Part shown: positions 38,410 to 47,849 of the stretch, piece by piece
Layout of the letters: every line of letters starts with the position of its first letter
How positions within the stretch are numbered: the first letter of the stretch is position 1
Virus record (IMG/VR): IMGVR_UViG_3300014576_000001
Reading direction: 5' to 3' (one strand)
Length of the DNA: 64,000 nt
Source of the DNA: an uncultured virus (IMG/VR IMGVR_UViG_3300014576_000001)
Lineage: Duplodnaviria; Heunggongvirae; Uroviricota; Caudoviricetes
Translations under genes and position numbers: made by a program
The notes under the pieces: model-generated
The model's input: only the letters and a program-made list of their open reading frames with translations
Database searches by the model: none
Told to the model about the DNA's origin: nothing

Positions 38410-38751
38410 ATGAACGCCATCTCGACCGACGTCGCAATGCAGCATCTGCGGGCCGACGATGATGACCGTGAATATGTCGATCTGCTGCTGGCGGCCGCAG
38501 AGGACACGGCTGCGCAGTTCATGAATCGGCGGTTTTACGGTGACGCGGATGCACTGGCTGGCGCCGTCCTCGATGGCACTGCCGGCGCTGATCCGATTGT
38601 GATCAACCCGTCGGTTCGTGCGGCGTGCCTGCTCATCCTAGGCCACCTCTATGCCAACCGCGAAGATGTTGTGGTCGGTGGTGGCGCCGGCGAGATCCCA
38701 ATGGGTTCACGTTCACTACTAACGCCGTATCGCGTCGGTTTGGGGGTGTGA
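38410..38751 (+). CDS. Head-tail connector (gp6-like)
   Basis: QHLR, AACLLILGHLYANRE, LLTPYR. Confidence 0.9.
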   Translation: MNAISTDVAMQHLRADDDDREYVDLLLAAAEDTAAQFMNRRFYGDADALAGAVLDGTAGADPIVINPSVRAACLLILGHLYANREDVVVGGGAGEIPMGSRSLLTPYRVGLGV

Positions 38752-39072
38752 ATGCGAGCCGGTCCACTGCGTCATCACTGCGCAATCCACAAAGCTGAGC
38801 AGATCACTCGGCCTGGCGGCGGCCGCGTCGAGTCATGGACGGAGCTCGTCAAAGTTTGGGCCGAGATCACATTGCCCAGCGGGCGGGTTGCCGTGGCGGC
38901 TGATCAGCTTACGGCTGAAATAACCGCAGAGATTCGTATTCGCTACCGAACCGATATCTCGGCGGGCATGCGAATTATCCACAAGAGCAACACCTACAAG
39001 GTGGAGGCCGCACTGGCCGACAACGACCAAACGATGCTTCGGCTGCTCTGCTCGAACGTCGTCAATCCATAA
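38752..39072 (+). CDS. Head closure protein
   Basis: MRAGPLRH, VWAEI, IRIRYR, GMRI. Confidence 0.88.
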   Translation: MRAGPLRHHCAIHKAEQITRPGGGRVESWTELVKVWAEITLPSGRVAVAADQLTAEITAEIRIRYRTDISAGMRIIHKSNTYKVEAALADNDQTMLRLLCSNVVNP

Positions 39073-39087
39073 CTGAGGGTTAGAACT

Positions 39088-39258
39088 ATGAAAGTACGTG
39101 CCTTGGCCGATATCTCCGGCCCGATGGGTCGTAAATCTGTGGGCGAAGAGTTTGTTGTAGGCGCCACCGAAGGCAAAGAGCTAGTCGATCGGAAGTTGGT
39201 GGAGGCCGTCGAGGACGCTCCTGTAAAACCTACGAAAGAGCCAAAGACTGAGGCCTGA
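39088..39258 (+). CDS. 56-aa hypothetical structural-region protein
   Basis: MKVRALADISGPMG...; GAGGG RBS. Confidence 0.6.
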   Translation: MKVRALADISGPMGRKSVGEEFVVGATEGKELVDRKLVEAVEDAPVKPTKEPKTEA

Positions 39259-39260
39259 TC

Positions 39261-39779
39261 ATGGCTCCCCGCCGGTCCCGCCTGGCGGGAGAATTCAAGC
39301 TCCGGAAGGTGCTGCGGAACATCCACGGCCAAATCGACAATGAGCTCAAGCCAGCTATGCAAAAAGCGGCTGACCGGATCTTGGAGTCCATGAAAGAACG
39401 GGTGCCGCGCTCTGATCGTGCCGACGCCGGTGGTCATGCTGTCGACGCATTGGAAGCGTACGTGAGCAAGTCCGGGCTCGATGCTCAGATAGGTCTTCGC
39501 GGTCTTAAGGACAACCGCCGCTATTTTTACCTGAAATTCCTCGAGTACGGGACGAAGGGTTATACCGGCGGGCAGCGTGCTGGGAATCGAAGACAGCGTG
39601 ACACTAACAAAACGGACGGATCGCACTTTTTTGGCAAGCATCCGGACATTCCCGCCCGACCTGCGCACCCATGGCTAAGACCCGCGTTCGACGTGAATCG
39701 GGAGTTTGTTCTTGCCGACATCAAAGCCGCCGTTACGAGCACTCTGAAACGTGCGAGCCAGGAGCTGGGCAATGGCTGA
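39261..39779 (+). CDS. HK97 gp10-family tail completion protein
   Basis: FLEYGT, PAHPWLRPAFD. Confidence 0.88.
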   Translation: MAPRRSRLAGEFKLRKVLRNIHGQIDNELKPAMQKAADRILESMKERVPRSDRADAGGHAVDALEAYVSKSGLDAQIGLRGLKDNRRYFYLKFLEYGTKGYTGGQRAGNRRQRDTNKTDGSHFFGKHPDIPARPAHPWLRPAFDVNREFVLADIKAAVTSTLKRASQELGNG

Positions 39780-40155
39780 TCCAGGATTCGCACTTCAGGT
39801 GGCGATATTCGATCGGCTCACGGCCGAGGTGTCATGTCCGATTTACGACAGCGTGCCGATGGATGCAGCCATGCCCTATGTCTCCATCGACTACGAGCTA
39901 TCGAGCAATGTCGACATCCTCAACAAGCGCAGGGACATGCGGCTGTTTTACCTGTCGATCTGGAGCGATTTCAAGGGCCAGGAGGAGGTAAAGCGGCTCA
40001 TGGGCGAGATCGACTCCGCCTTGCATGAGCGCGCTCTAGCGCTTGAAACAGGTCGTGTGATCTCCATTCGCGTGGATCGCAAGCAGACCAACCGTGAGCC
40101 GGACGGAATCACGTATCAGGGCAGCATCACGCTGCGCATCCTGACCGAACACTAA
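39772..40155 (+). CDS. Tail terminator (DUF3168-like)
   Basis: LQVAIFDRL, IYDSVP, PYVSI, IWS. Confidence 0.82.
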   Translation: MADPGFALQVAIFDRLTAEVSCPIYDSVPMDAAMPYVSIDYELSSNVDILNKRRDMRLFYLSIWSDFKGQEEVKRLMGEIDSALHERALALETGRVISIRVDRKQTNREPDGITYQGSITLRILTEH

Positions 40156-40209
40156 AACGCTTACCCACGCCGCGCTGCGGCCTTTCACCTGTCCTCAGGA
40201 GGACTACCT

Positions 40210-40680
40210 ATGGCTATCAATACCGGCGCTGGCACGCGGATCTATATCGGTCCACGCCTCTCTGCCAATTTGCCCGCCGACCATGCGGCTGCTATCGCGC
40301 TGCTGGCTGCGATCACTTACGTCGAGGTTGGCGAGGTGGAGAGCATCGGCGACTACGGCGACACGATCAACGACGTCAGCTTTGCAGGCCTTGCAGCGGG
40401 GCGGGCGAAGCACTTGAAGGGCCTTGCGGATGCGGGCTCGTCCGATCTTTCCATCGGTTTCGATGCTGGCGATGCCGGGCAGCTGAAACTCGTCGAGGCC
40501 TTCATTGACCGCTCCCGTTATGACTACCCGTTCAAGGTGGTGTATGTGGACGGCGAAACCGACTACTTCGCGGCCAAGGTCATGAGCAACAAGAAGACCG
40601 GCATCAGCGTTGAGGGCGTGCTGAAGCGCACCGTCACGTTGGGTATCAACTCGGAAATCTACGAAGTAGAAGCCGAGTAA
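40210..40680 (+). CDS. Major tail tube protein
   Basis: EVGEVESIGDYG, KGLADAG, DAGQ; position; terminator follows. Confidence 0.82.
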   Translation: MAINTGAGTRIYIGPRLSANLPADHAAAIALLAAITYVEVGEVESIGDYGDTINDVSFAGLAAGRAKHLKGLADAGSSDLSIGFDAGDAGQLKLVEAFIDRSRYDYPFKVVYVDGETDYFAAKVMSNKKTGISVEGVLKRTVTLGINSEIYEVEAE

Positions 40681-40749
40681 TCGCCCTGTTGCAGAGCGCC
40701 CTGTTGATTGGGGCGCTTTTCACTCCCCCTTTTGTGAGAAGAGATTTCT

Positions 40750-41133
40750 ATGTCCAAGACGAACCATGGCGCTGTTGTCGTAGACGCAGGCGGCACCACT
40801 TATAACCTGATTCCCAATCTGCGCGCTGTTCGCGCTATCCAGAACCAGTTCGGCGGCCTGCTGCCGGCCTACAGCGCGATCGGCTCTGGAAACCTCTCGG
40901 GTATCGCGTTCATCATCGCGGCCGCATCCGGGATTGATACCTCGAAGCGCAAGGAACTGGAGAAGGTCGAGGAAGCGGTTTTTGAAGGTGGCGTCTCCGC
41001 GGTGGGCAATAAGGTCATTCCCTTTGTCCGCGCGCTGTTGAATCCGGGCGGCAAGACTGACGAAGAGCTTGAAGAGGCCGCAGGCGAGGGAAACGAGAAG
41101 ACCGTGGATACGTCGACGAGCTCTTCGGACTAG
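40750..41133 (+). CDS. Tail assembly chaperone (G-like)
   Basis: Position before the tape measure gene; slippery G GGA AAC at 41088-41094. Confidence 0.8.
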   Translation: MSKTNHGAVVVDAGGTTYNLIPNLRAVRAIQNQFGGLLPAYSAIGSGNLSGIAFIIAAASGIDTSKRKELEKVEEAVFEGGVSAVGNKVIPFVRALLNPGGKTDEELEEAAGEGNEKTVDTSTSSSD

Positions 41134-41336
41134 CCACCGGTTACCTCGGCTGGTCTCCGCGCGACGCTTGGGAAACACCGATCGTTGAGATCCTGATCGC
41201 ATGGGAAGCGAAAATCGAGTTTCTGAAGAAGACGAATCCGTGGGGCCAGGCTGAGGAGAAGGTAGACAAGAAGGCAGTGGCCAAGGACGTACGTATGGGG
41301 TTTCGGGTGGCTGCGATGACCCGGAATAAAACTTGA
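41088..41336 (+). CDS. -1 frameshift extension of the tail chaperone (T-like)
   Basis: -1 frame open to TGA at 41334: YVDELFGLATGYLGWSPRDAWETPIVE... Confidence 0.78.
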   Translation, partial: GKREDRGYVDELFGLATGYLGWSPRDAWETPIVEILIAWEAKIEFLKKTNPWGQAEEKVDKKAVAKDVRMGFRVAAMTRNKT

Positions 41337-41407
41337 GACGCTTTGGCGCCGAGTGGCGGCAAACAGATACCCGCTTCTGCGGGTTTTTTTATGCCTGGAG
41401 AAAATGA

Positions 41408-44400
41408 ATGGCTGACGGCGATATCCAAGGCCTGCTGGTCCGCATCGAAGCCACCACGGCCCAACTCCGTCAGGAAATGGCGCGCGGGGAGGCGGCAGTT
41501 GCGCAGACCTCGGGCAAGATCGACTCGAGCTTGGGCAAGGTCGACAAAGCGTTTGATCGTGCGGGCGACAGCGCGAAAACGCTATCCCAGGCAATTACCT
41601 CTGCTGCATCGTCTTTCGGTGGTTTCAATATCGCTGCCGTTGGTTCGATAGCGGGCCTTGTCGCGCTGACGAGCAGCACCATCGACCACGCCCGCGAAGT
41701 GAAAAACCTGGCGTCCGTGTCCAACACATCCGTCGAAGAATTCCAGCGGATGGCCTACGGCGCTAAAACAGTTGGGATCGAGCAGGACAAGCTGGGCGAC
41801 ATCCTCAAGGATGTGAACGATCGCGTGGGGGAGTTCATCCAGCGCGGCGGCGGCGAGATGGCGGATTTCTTCAAAGAAATCGCACCGAAGGTCGGTGTCA
41901 CCGCTGAGCAATTCAAGAATCTTTCCGGGCCTCAGGCTCTCCAGCTTTATTACACGTCGCTGGAAAAAGCCGGGCTGAACCAGCAGCAGCTGACCACCTA
42001 TATGGAGGCAATGGGCGACGAGTCCACCGCGTTGATTCCATTGCTGCAGAGCAACGGAAAAGGATTCAAAGACCTAGGGGACCGCGCAGAGAAATACGGT
42101 CTGGTCCTCTCCAAACTGAGCATCGAGCGACTTGTAGATGCCGGTCAGGCCGTAAAGGATCTGCAAGCCACTTTTTCAGGTGCGAGTCAGCAACTGGTTG
42201 TTGGCCTGCTCCCGGGCATTGAAAGCGTCACAAAAGGGCTGGCATATCTTCGTGACGACGGTGGTGCGCAGAAGGTAGGCGAGACAATTGCCTTTCTCGC
42301 CGAGAACATTGACGTGCTGGCGGCGGCACTGGGCGGGAAGCTGGCTGCGGCGTTTGCGAAATATGCGATTGATGCGGTGACGTCCGCCGGATTGGCCACG
42401 GCGGCATTTCTCCAAAATGTTTCCGCGACGAAAGCCTCCGCGATCGCCAAGGCTGAGGAGGCCGCTGTATCCGCTGAGGGTGCTACGGCGAAGCTTCGTG
42501 AGGCGGTAGCGGCTGCCAGTGCGACCACTGCGTTGCAGGCGGAGGCTGTCGCTCGGGTAGCCAATCTCGAAGCGGTGCGGCAATCCCTGGGCTATCAAGC
42601 GGCGTTGGCTGCCGGCTCGGCAGAGGAGACGCAGCTTAAGAACTCATTGGCGGCCGTGGAGGTGGAACTGACCGCCGCGCGCACGGCCGAGGCCAAAGCA
42701 ACCCAGGCGCAAGCCGTGGCGTCGGCTGCTGCGTCCAGCGCAATGGCGCGCGATACGTTGGCAACGCAAGCCAACGCTGTAGCCCAGGCCGAGGCGGCAG
42801 CTGCCAAAGGCGTTCTGGCTCGCGCTGGCGCTGGTCTGCTCGGGTTGCTTGGCGGTCCTGCGGGTATTGCGGCCCTCGCTATCGGTGCCGGTGTTGCCTT
42901 CCTCACCATGGGCGGCAACGCAAAAACGGCCGTCACCGGCCTAGACGAGTTGAAGCGTTCCACCGACGACGTCCGCAAATCTTTTCAGGACCTGGCCAAG
43001 GATCAGCAACGCAGCGCGCTGGTAGCTGTTATGCGCGAGCAAGAGTCAGCAGCAGCAACTGCTGACGAGGCTTTCGCCGCCTTCTTGAAGACCTCCAAGC
43101 AGGTGCTCGGCAGCACGGTTGCCACCCGGATTGCGGGTGATGCCGAGGAAGCACGGAAGGCAGGGAAAGGCTTGTCAGATACGATTGACGACTGGCAAAA
43201 ACGGTTTCACATCCCTGAAGAAGGTATGCGTAGCCTTCAAGATGCGGCCGGGGCGCTCTCGACCGCCGAGCAACGAACCCATCTTCTTGCCGATCGCGCT
43301 GCCCTATATCGCACTGAGCTGGACAAGGGCTCGCAGGTCACCCAAGTCAATACCGGTCTCACTGCTGACCAAACTCTCGCAGTCAACACGCTGCAAAAGT
43401 CGTTAGAGAAGCAGCTCAACACACTGCAGGACAAAACTGCTGTTGACGCTGCCAACCGCGTTCTGACCGACAACAACATCGCGGCAACGAGCAAAGAGGG
43501 ACAGGCCCTTCTCACGACTGCGGCCGCCATCGACAAACAGAAAGCCGCGGACCAAGCCGCGGCGAAAGCCAAGTCCGATGCGAACAGCGCTGCGCAGAAA
43601 GCGATTAGCCTCACGGAAGGACAAAAAAAGGCGCTGACGGACCTTCAGGCCAGCGCCGATATTGCCATCCGTTCCGCCGGCGGTCTGGCTGATGCCTACT
43701 TGGCTGGCGTCGACAAGAGCCGCGAGTTCACCATCCAGCAGAAGGTTGAGCAGGAGCTGCTGAAAACCGGAGCGGGTGCGCGCAAGGAAGTTGAGAAAGC
43801 AATCAACGACCAGGCGGATGCCGAAGACCGATTGGCTGTCAGCAAGCAAGCGTTCGATTTGGAAAAAGAGACGGCCGATTTGCTCGCGCAGGCAAAGGCA
43901 ACCCTTCAGGGTGCCGATGCGCTTGAAGCGTACAACGTGCAAAAAGCGCTTCAGGCTTCTCTTGCGAACAAAAATATCGAGGTAGGCAGCAAGGAATATC
44001 AGCAGATGCTCGCTGCGACCAAAGCGCAGCAGGATGCGGTCAAAACGCTTCAGCAAGCTAATGATGCCGGTAGCATTCTCGATCGTCTGTATCCGGAAAG
44101 TAAGCTGCTGCGTGATTACACCAACGATCAGAACGCGCTCAATGCGGCGATGAAGCTGTATCCAGAGCGAGCCGACGACTACCGGGCCGCTCTTCAGCGA
44201 CTAGGCCTCGAGTACGATGCGAACAAAAACGCTTCGTCGGACTGGGGGAAATTCACCGAGGGGGCGGTTGACCGCGTAGACGGCGCATTCGCTGACATGT
44301 GGAAGTCCATTCTGGGCAAGTCTGGAAACTTTTTTGCGTCGTTCAAGGACAGCTTCAGTCAGTTCCTAGCCGAAGTGCTGCACATGGCGATTACTCGCCC

Positions 44401-46948
44401 CATCATCGTGCAGATCGGGGCGTCGCTGGGTGTCGGTGGACTTGCCGCCCAAGCTGCGTCTGGTGGAGGCGCTGGGGGCTTCGGTGCGGGCTCGTTGCTC
44501 AACGGTGCCTCGTCACTGTTCAGCGCGGCAACCGGCTGGGGCAAGGCTCTGTACACCGGTTTTCAGAGCGGCGGGCTGGCTGGCGCATGGGGTGGACTCA
44601 GTAACTATACCTCCGGTGTTCTCGCCGGGTGGGACCAGGCTGCGGGCCAGCTGTTCGGCACAATCAGCAACGGCAGCAACGCACTGACATACGCGCCGCT
44701 CAGTGCCCAACCGGGTGCACTTGGTCAGATCGGCAGCGCCGTGCCTTGGGCAGCAGGAATCGGCGGCGCCCTGTACGGATACGGGAAATCAGGGCTGAAG
44801 GGCGCAGCTGCGGGGGCCGCCGGCGGGGTGGGTGGCGCTTTGTTGGGCCAAGCTCTTATTCCCGTCCCGGTCCTTGGCGCTGCGATTGGTGGCCTGCTCG
44901 GCGGCTTTGTTGGGGGCAGCCTGTTCGGCGGTGACTGGGTAACCAAAAACTCCGGTATTCAACTCGGCGTTACGAATGGCGACCTTGACGCTTCCGCGTT
45001 CAAGTACCAGAAAAAGAAAGGCGGGTTGTTCAGCAGCAACAAAAAGCGCACCAAACTGAGCCCGCTGGATTCGCAACTGCAGGGCCAGCTGCAAGACGCG
45101 TTTGATGATCGGCTCGATACGGTCTTCGGCCTGTTCGACATGCTGAAGGTCGATGTCAAGGACGGCGCCCTGGACGGGCTCAACATCGCAGCGCAACAGA
45201 TCAGCCTGCAAGACCTCACCTCTGACCAGGTCACGCAGCTGATCTCGGACTGGTTCGAAGTCCTTGGCAATGACGCCGTGGGCGCGATCTCGAAATCGAT
45301 GGGCTTGGGCCTCGAGGGCTACAACGTCAACCAGCTGACCGAGTTCGTCGGCAACCTGTACAGCATCAACGACACGTTCAAGCTGCTGAACGTGAACGCG
45401 CTGCCCGTCTCGGTGTGGGGCGGCAAGTTGGCCGAACAGTACGTCGCACTCGCGGGCGGCATGGAAGCTTTCAACACCGCGACCCAGACCTACTACAACG
45501 CGTTCTTTACCGATGAGGAGAAGGCCGCGAACACCCTTGCCGCCGTTCGCAAGGAGTTCGCCGATCTGAACCTGACCTTCCCAGACAGTAAGGAAGGCTT
45601 CCGCGCATTGGTCGAGGGGATCGACAGCACCACAGATGCAGGACGAAAGCTGTTCGTCCAGTTGACCGGACTGTCTGGCGATGCGGCTGCGGCCTATCAG
45701 ATTCTCAAGCAACAGTCTGATGCGGCGAAGCAGACGGCGGCAGATGCGGCGCAGGCGGCTGCCGACGCGACGCAGAAGATCTTTGACGGGCTGATGAACA
45801 CGGCCAACACGGCGAACAGTGCCTTGCAGCGTGCCATCAATGCACAGAAGGCATCGATCAATGACATGTTGGCCACTGCCAATACGCGGGTCACGGATCT
45901 CACAGGCGTCAGCAATGACCTGAGCACCGCGCTCAAGTCGCTGCGCGGTGATTCCGATGCGGCGGTTAGAACGATGCGTGCGCAGGCGCAGGCCACCCTT
46001 CAAAACGCGCTCGCAGCCGCCAGGGCTGGCGGATCGCTTGCCGGGTTTGCAGGACTGAACGATGCGCTCAATACGGTCGGCAGCAATAACACTGACCTGT
46101 ACGCGACGCTTCAGGACTTCAATCGAGACCAGGGTGTGACGGCTAACGTCGTCGCGGAACTGAACCGGCTGAACGGCAAACAGCTGACCAGCGCCCAGCA
46201 GACGGTCAAGACTCTGCAGGATCAGCTCGACCGGCTCGACGATCAGCTCGCGTTCGCTCAATCGCAGCTGGATGCGATCAACGGCGTCGACAACTCGATC
46301 AAAAGCGTCACCGATGCCGTTAACGCCATGAACGCGGCTGTTGTCGCGGCTTTGGGTGCAACGGGCGGTAAAAACCTGACACCGGGACAGTCCAGCTCTC
46401 TGGTCGACACCGCGTATCAGTCGGTCTACGGCGCCGGATACGTCGCGGATGCTGCTGGCAAAGCCTATTGGCAAAACCAGCTTGCAACGGGGGCGCTCAC
46501 GGTCGAGCAGCTGATCGAGGCCGTCCGCAATGCGGCAAAGGCAAATCATAGCCTTCCGGGCTACGCCACCGGCGGGCTTATTACCGGAGCTGGCAGCGGC
46601 ACAAGCGACAGCATGTTGATCCGGGCTTCGAACGGGGAATACATGATGCGCGCCGCTGCTGTGAAGGCCTTCGGCGTCGATGCGCTGGATCAAATGAACT
46701 CCTTGCAGATTCCGGCTTTTGCGAGCGGGGGCCCGGTGCTGTCCGTTCCGTCTCTGCCGCAGGGTGGTGGATCGGCGGCGGGCCAGGCATCGGGTAATGA
46801 CGCCGTAAGCGCTCGGCTTGATCGGCTGATCGGCCTGCTCGGGGGCTTTGTCGAGCCGGTGGACAACATCAAAGAAGACTCGCGCAAGGGGAGAAAGCTG
46901 ATGGAGCAGTGGGATCGGGTTGGCCTTCTGACCACGGGGAACACTTGA
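41408..46948 (+). CDS. Tail tape measure protein (1846 aa)
   Basis: Ala-rich helical, Gly-rich hydrophobic blocks, GYATGG..GSGTSDS..SNGEY C-terminal motif. Confidence 0.93.
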   Translation: MADGDIQGLLVRIEATTAQLRQEMARGEAAVAQTSGKIDSSLGKVDKAFDRAGDSAKTLSQAITSAASSFGGFNIAAVGSIAGLVALTSSTIDHAREVKNLASVSNTSVEEFQRMAYGAKTVGIEQDKLGDILKDVNDRVGEFIQRGGGEMADFFKEIAPKVGVTAEQFKNLSGPQALQLYYTSLEKAGLNQQQLTTYMEAMGDESTALIPLLQSNGKGFKDLGDRAEKYGLVLSKLSIERLVDAGQAVKDLQATFSGASQQLVVGLLPGIESVTKGLAYLRDDGGAQKVGETIAFLAENIDVLAAALGGKLAAAFAKYAIDAVTSAGLATAAFLQNVSATKASAIAKAEEAAVSAEGATAKLREAVAAASATTALQAEAVARVANLEAVRQSLGYQAALAAGSAEETQLKNSLAAVEVELTAARTAEAKATQAQAVASAAASSAMARDTLATQANAVAQAEAAAAKGVLARAGAGLLGLLGGPAGIAALAIGAGVAFLTMGGNAKTAVTGLDELKRSTDDVRKSFQDLAKDQQRSALVAVMREQESAAATADEAFAAFLKTSKQVLGSTVATRIAGDAEEARKAGKGLSDTIDDWQKRFHIPEEGMRSLQDAAGALSTAEQRTHLLADRAALYRTELDKGSQVTQVNTGLTADQTLAVNTLQKSLEKQLNTLQDKTAVDAANRVLTDNNIAATSKEGQALLTTAAAIDKQKAADQAAAKAKSDANSAAQKAISLTEGQKKALTDLQASADIAIRSAGGLADAYLAGVDKSREFTIQQKVEQELLKTGAGARKEVEKAINDQADAEDRLAVSKQAFDLEKETADLLAQAKATLQGADALEAYNVQKALQASLANKNIEVGSKEYQQMLAATKAQQDAVKTLQQANDAGSILDRLYPESKLLRDYTNDQNALNAAMKLYPERADDYRAALQRLGLEYDANKNASSDWGKFTEGAVDRVDGAFADMWKSILGKSGNFFASFKDSFSQFLAEVLHMAITRPIIVQIGASLGVGGLAAQAASGGGAGGFGAGSLLNGASSLFSAATGWGKALYTGFQSGGLAGAWGGLSNYTSGVLAGWDQAAGQLFGTISNGSNALTYAPLSAQPGALGQIGSAVPWAAGIGGALYGYGKSGLKGAAAGAAGGVGGALLGQALIPVPVLGAAIGGLLGGFVGGSLFGGDWVTKNSGIQLGVTNGDLDASAFKYQKKKGGLFSSNKKRTKLSPLDSQLQGQLQDAFDDRLDTVFGLFDMLKVDVKDGALDGLNIAAQQISLQDLTSDQVTQLISDWFEVLGNDAVGAISKSMGLGLEGYNVNQLTEFVGNLYSINDTFKLLNVNALPVSVWGGKLAEQYVALAGGMEAFNTATQTYYNAFFTDEEKAANTLAAVRKEFADLNLTFPDSKEGFRALVEGIDSTTDAGRKLFVQLTGLSGDAAAAYQILKQQSDAAKQTAADAAQAAADATQKIFDGLMNTANTANSALQRAINAQKASINDMLATANTRVTDLTGVSNDLSTALKSLRGDSDAAVRTMRAQAQATLQNALAAARAGGSLAGFAGLNDALNTVGSNNTDLYATLQDFNRDQGVTANVVAELNRLNGKQLTSAQQTVKTLQDQLDRLDDQLAFAQSQLDAINGVDNSIKSVTDAVNAMNAAVVAALGATGGKNLTPGQSSSLVDTAYQSVYGAGYVADAAGKAYWQNQLATGALTVEQLIEAVRNAAKANHSLPGYATGGLITGAGSGTSDSMLIRASNGEYMMRAAAVKAFGVDALDQMNSLQIPAFASGGPVLSVPSLPQGGGSAAGQASGNDAVSARLDRLIGLLGGFVEPVDNIKEDSRKGRKLMEQWDRVGLLTTGNT

Positions 46949-46949
46949 G

Positions 46950-47849
46950 ATGAAGTTCATCAAACCGATCACGGTTACGTCGGGACTGATCTTCAGCTCC
47001 AACATACCGCCGGCGGATAACCCGCTTTGGGTCAACAACAGCAGCTATGCCAAGGACGTGAAGCTGACATGGAAAGACCATAACTGGCAGGCGCTGGCGG
47101 CGGTGCCCGCCGGCGTCGAGCCTGGTAACGAGGTGGTGACCGCCGACAACCCCGCCAAGTGGCTTGACCTCGGCGCAACCAATCGCATGTCGATGTTCGA
47201 TGACGTGGTCGGCACTCAGTCGACACACGCAGGATCGGTCACGGTCACGCTTCAGCCAGGCGTGGTCGTCAACTCGGTAGCGCTGCTAAATCTGGTAGGC
47301 AATTCGTACCGGGTGACGATGACTGACCCGGCGGAAGGGGTGGTTTATGACCGAACCGACTCCCTTGTCGATGGTGCGGTAGACAACTGGTACGACTGGT
47401 TCTTCGAGGAGATTGAGGATCGAGTCACAACAGTTCTCACGGACCTTCCGGCGTATGCAACCGCGCAGATCACCATCACGGTTTTCGACGTGGCCACCGC
47501 CGCCATCGGCGCGCTTGTACTGGGCAAGCTCACAACGCTGGGTATCACGCTGTACACCGCGCGGGTCGGGATCGACGACTACTCACTCAAGGAAAGAGAC
47601 AAGTTCGGCAACTTTACCGTGTTGGAGCGAGCATTCGCCGACAACGGCGACTTCCCGGTGCTTGTCGAGACCAGTCGGGTGACCAAGATCAAACGGCTTC
47701 TCACGGAGATTCGCGCGAAGCCGGTGGTGTGGATCGCTGAAGAGACCTATGAGGCGACGATCATTTACGGCTTCTACAAGACGTTCGACATCACTTATTC
47801 CGACGACACCAATTCGAACATGCAAATCACGCTTGAGGGGATGACCTGA
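46950..47849 (+). CDS. Tail tip/distal tail structural protein
   Basis: Only gene between tape measure and fibre; beta-rich, WLDLGATNR, GIDDYS.KERDKFGN. Confidence 0.65.
   Translation: MKFIKPITVTSGLIFSSNIPPADNPLWVNNSSYAKDVKLTWKDHNWQALAAVPAGVEPGNEVVTADNPAKWLDLGATNRMSMFDDVVGTQSTHAGSVTVTLQPGVVVNSVALLNLVGNSYRVTMTDPAEGVVYDRTDSLVDGAVDNWYDWFFEEIEDRVTTVLTDLPAYATAQITITVFDVATAAIGALVLGKLTTLGITLYTARVGIDDYSLKERDKFGNFTVLERAFADNGDFPVLVETSRVTKIKRLLTEIRAKPVVWIAEETYEATIIYGFYKTFDITYSDDTNSNMQITLEGMT

Noticed and set aside
44789..47038. 749-aa minus-strand ORF
   Set aside because: Antisense shadow of the tape measure gene
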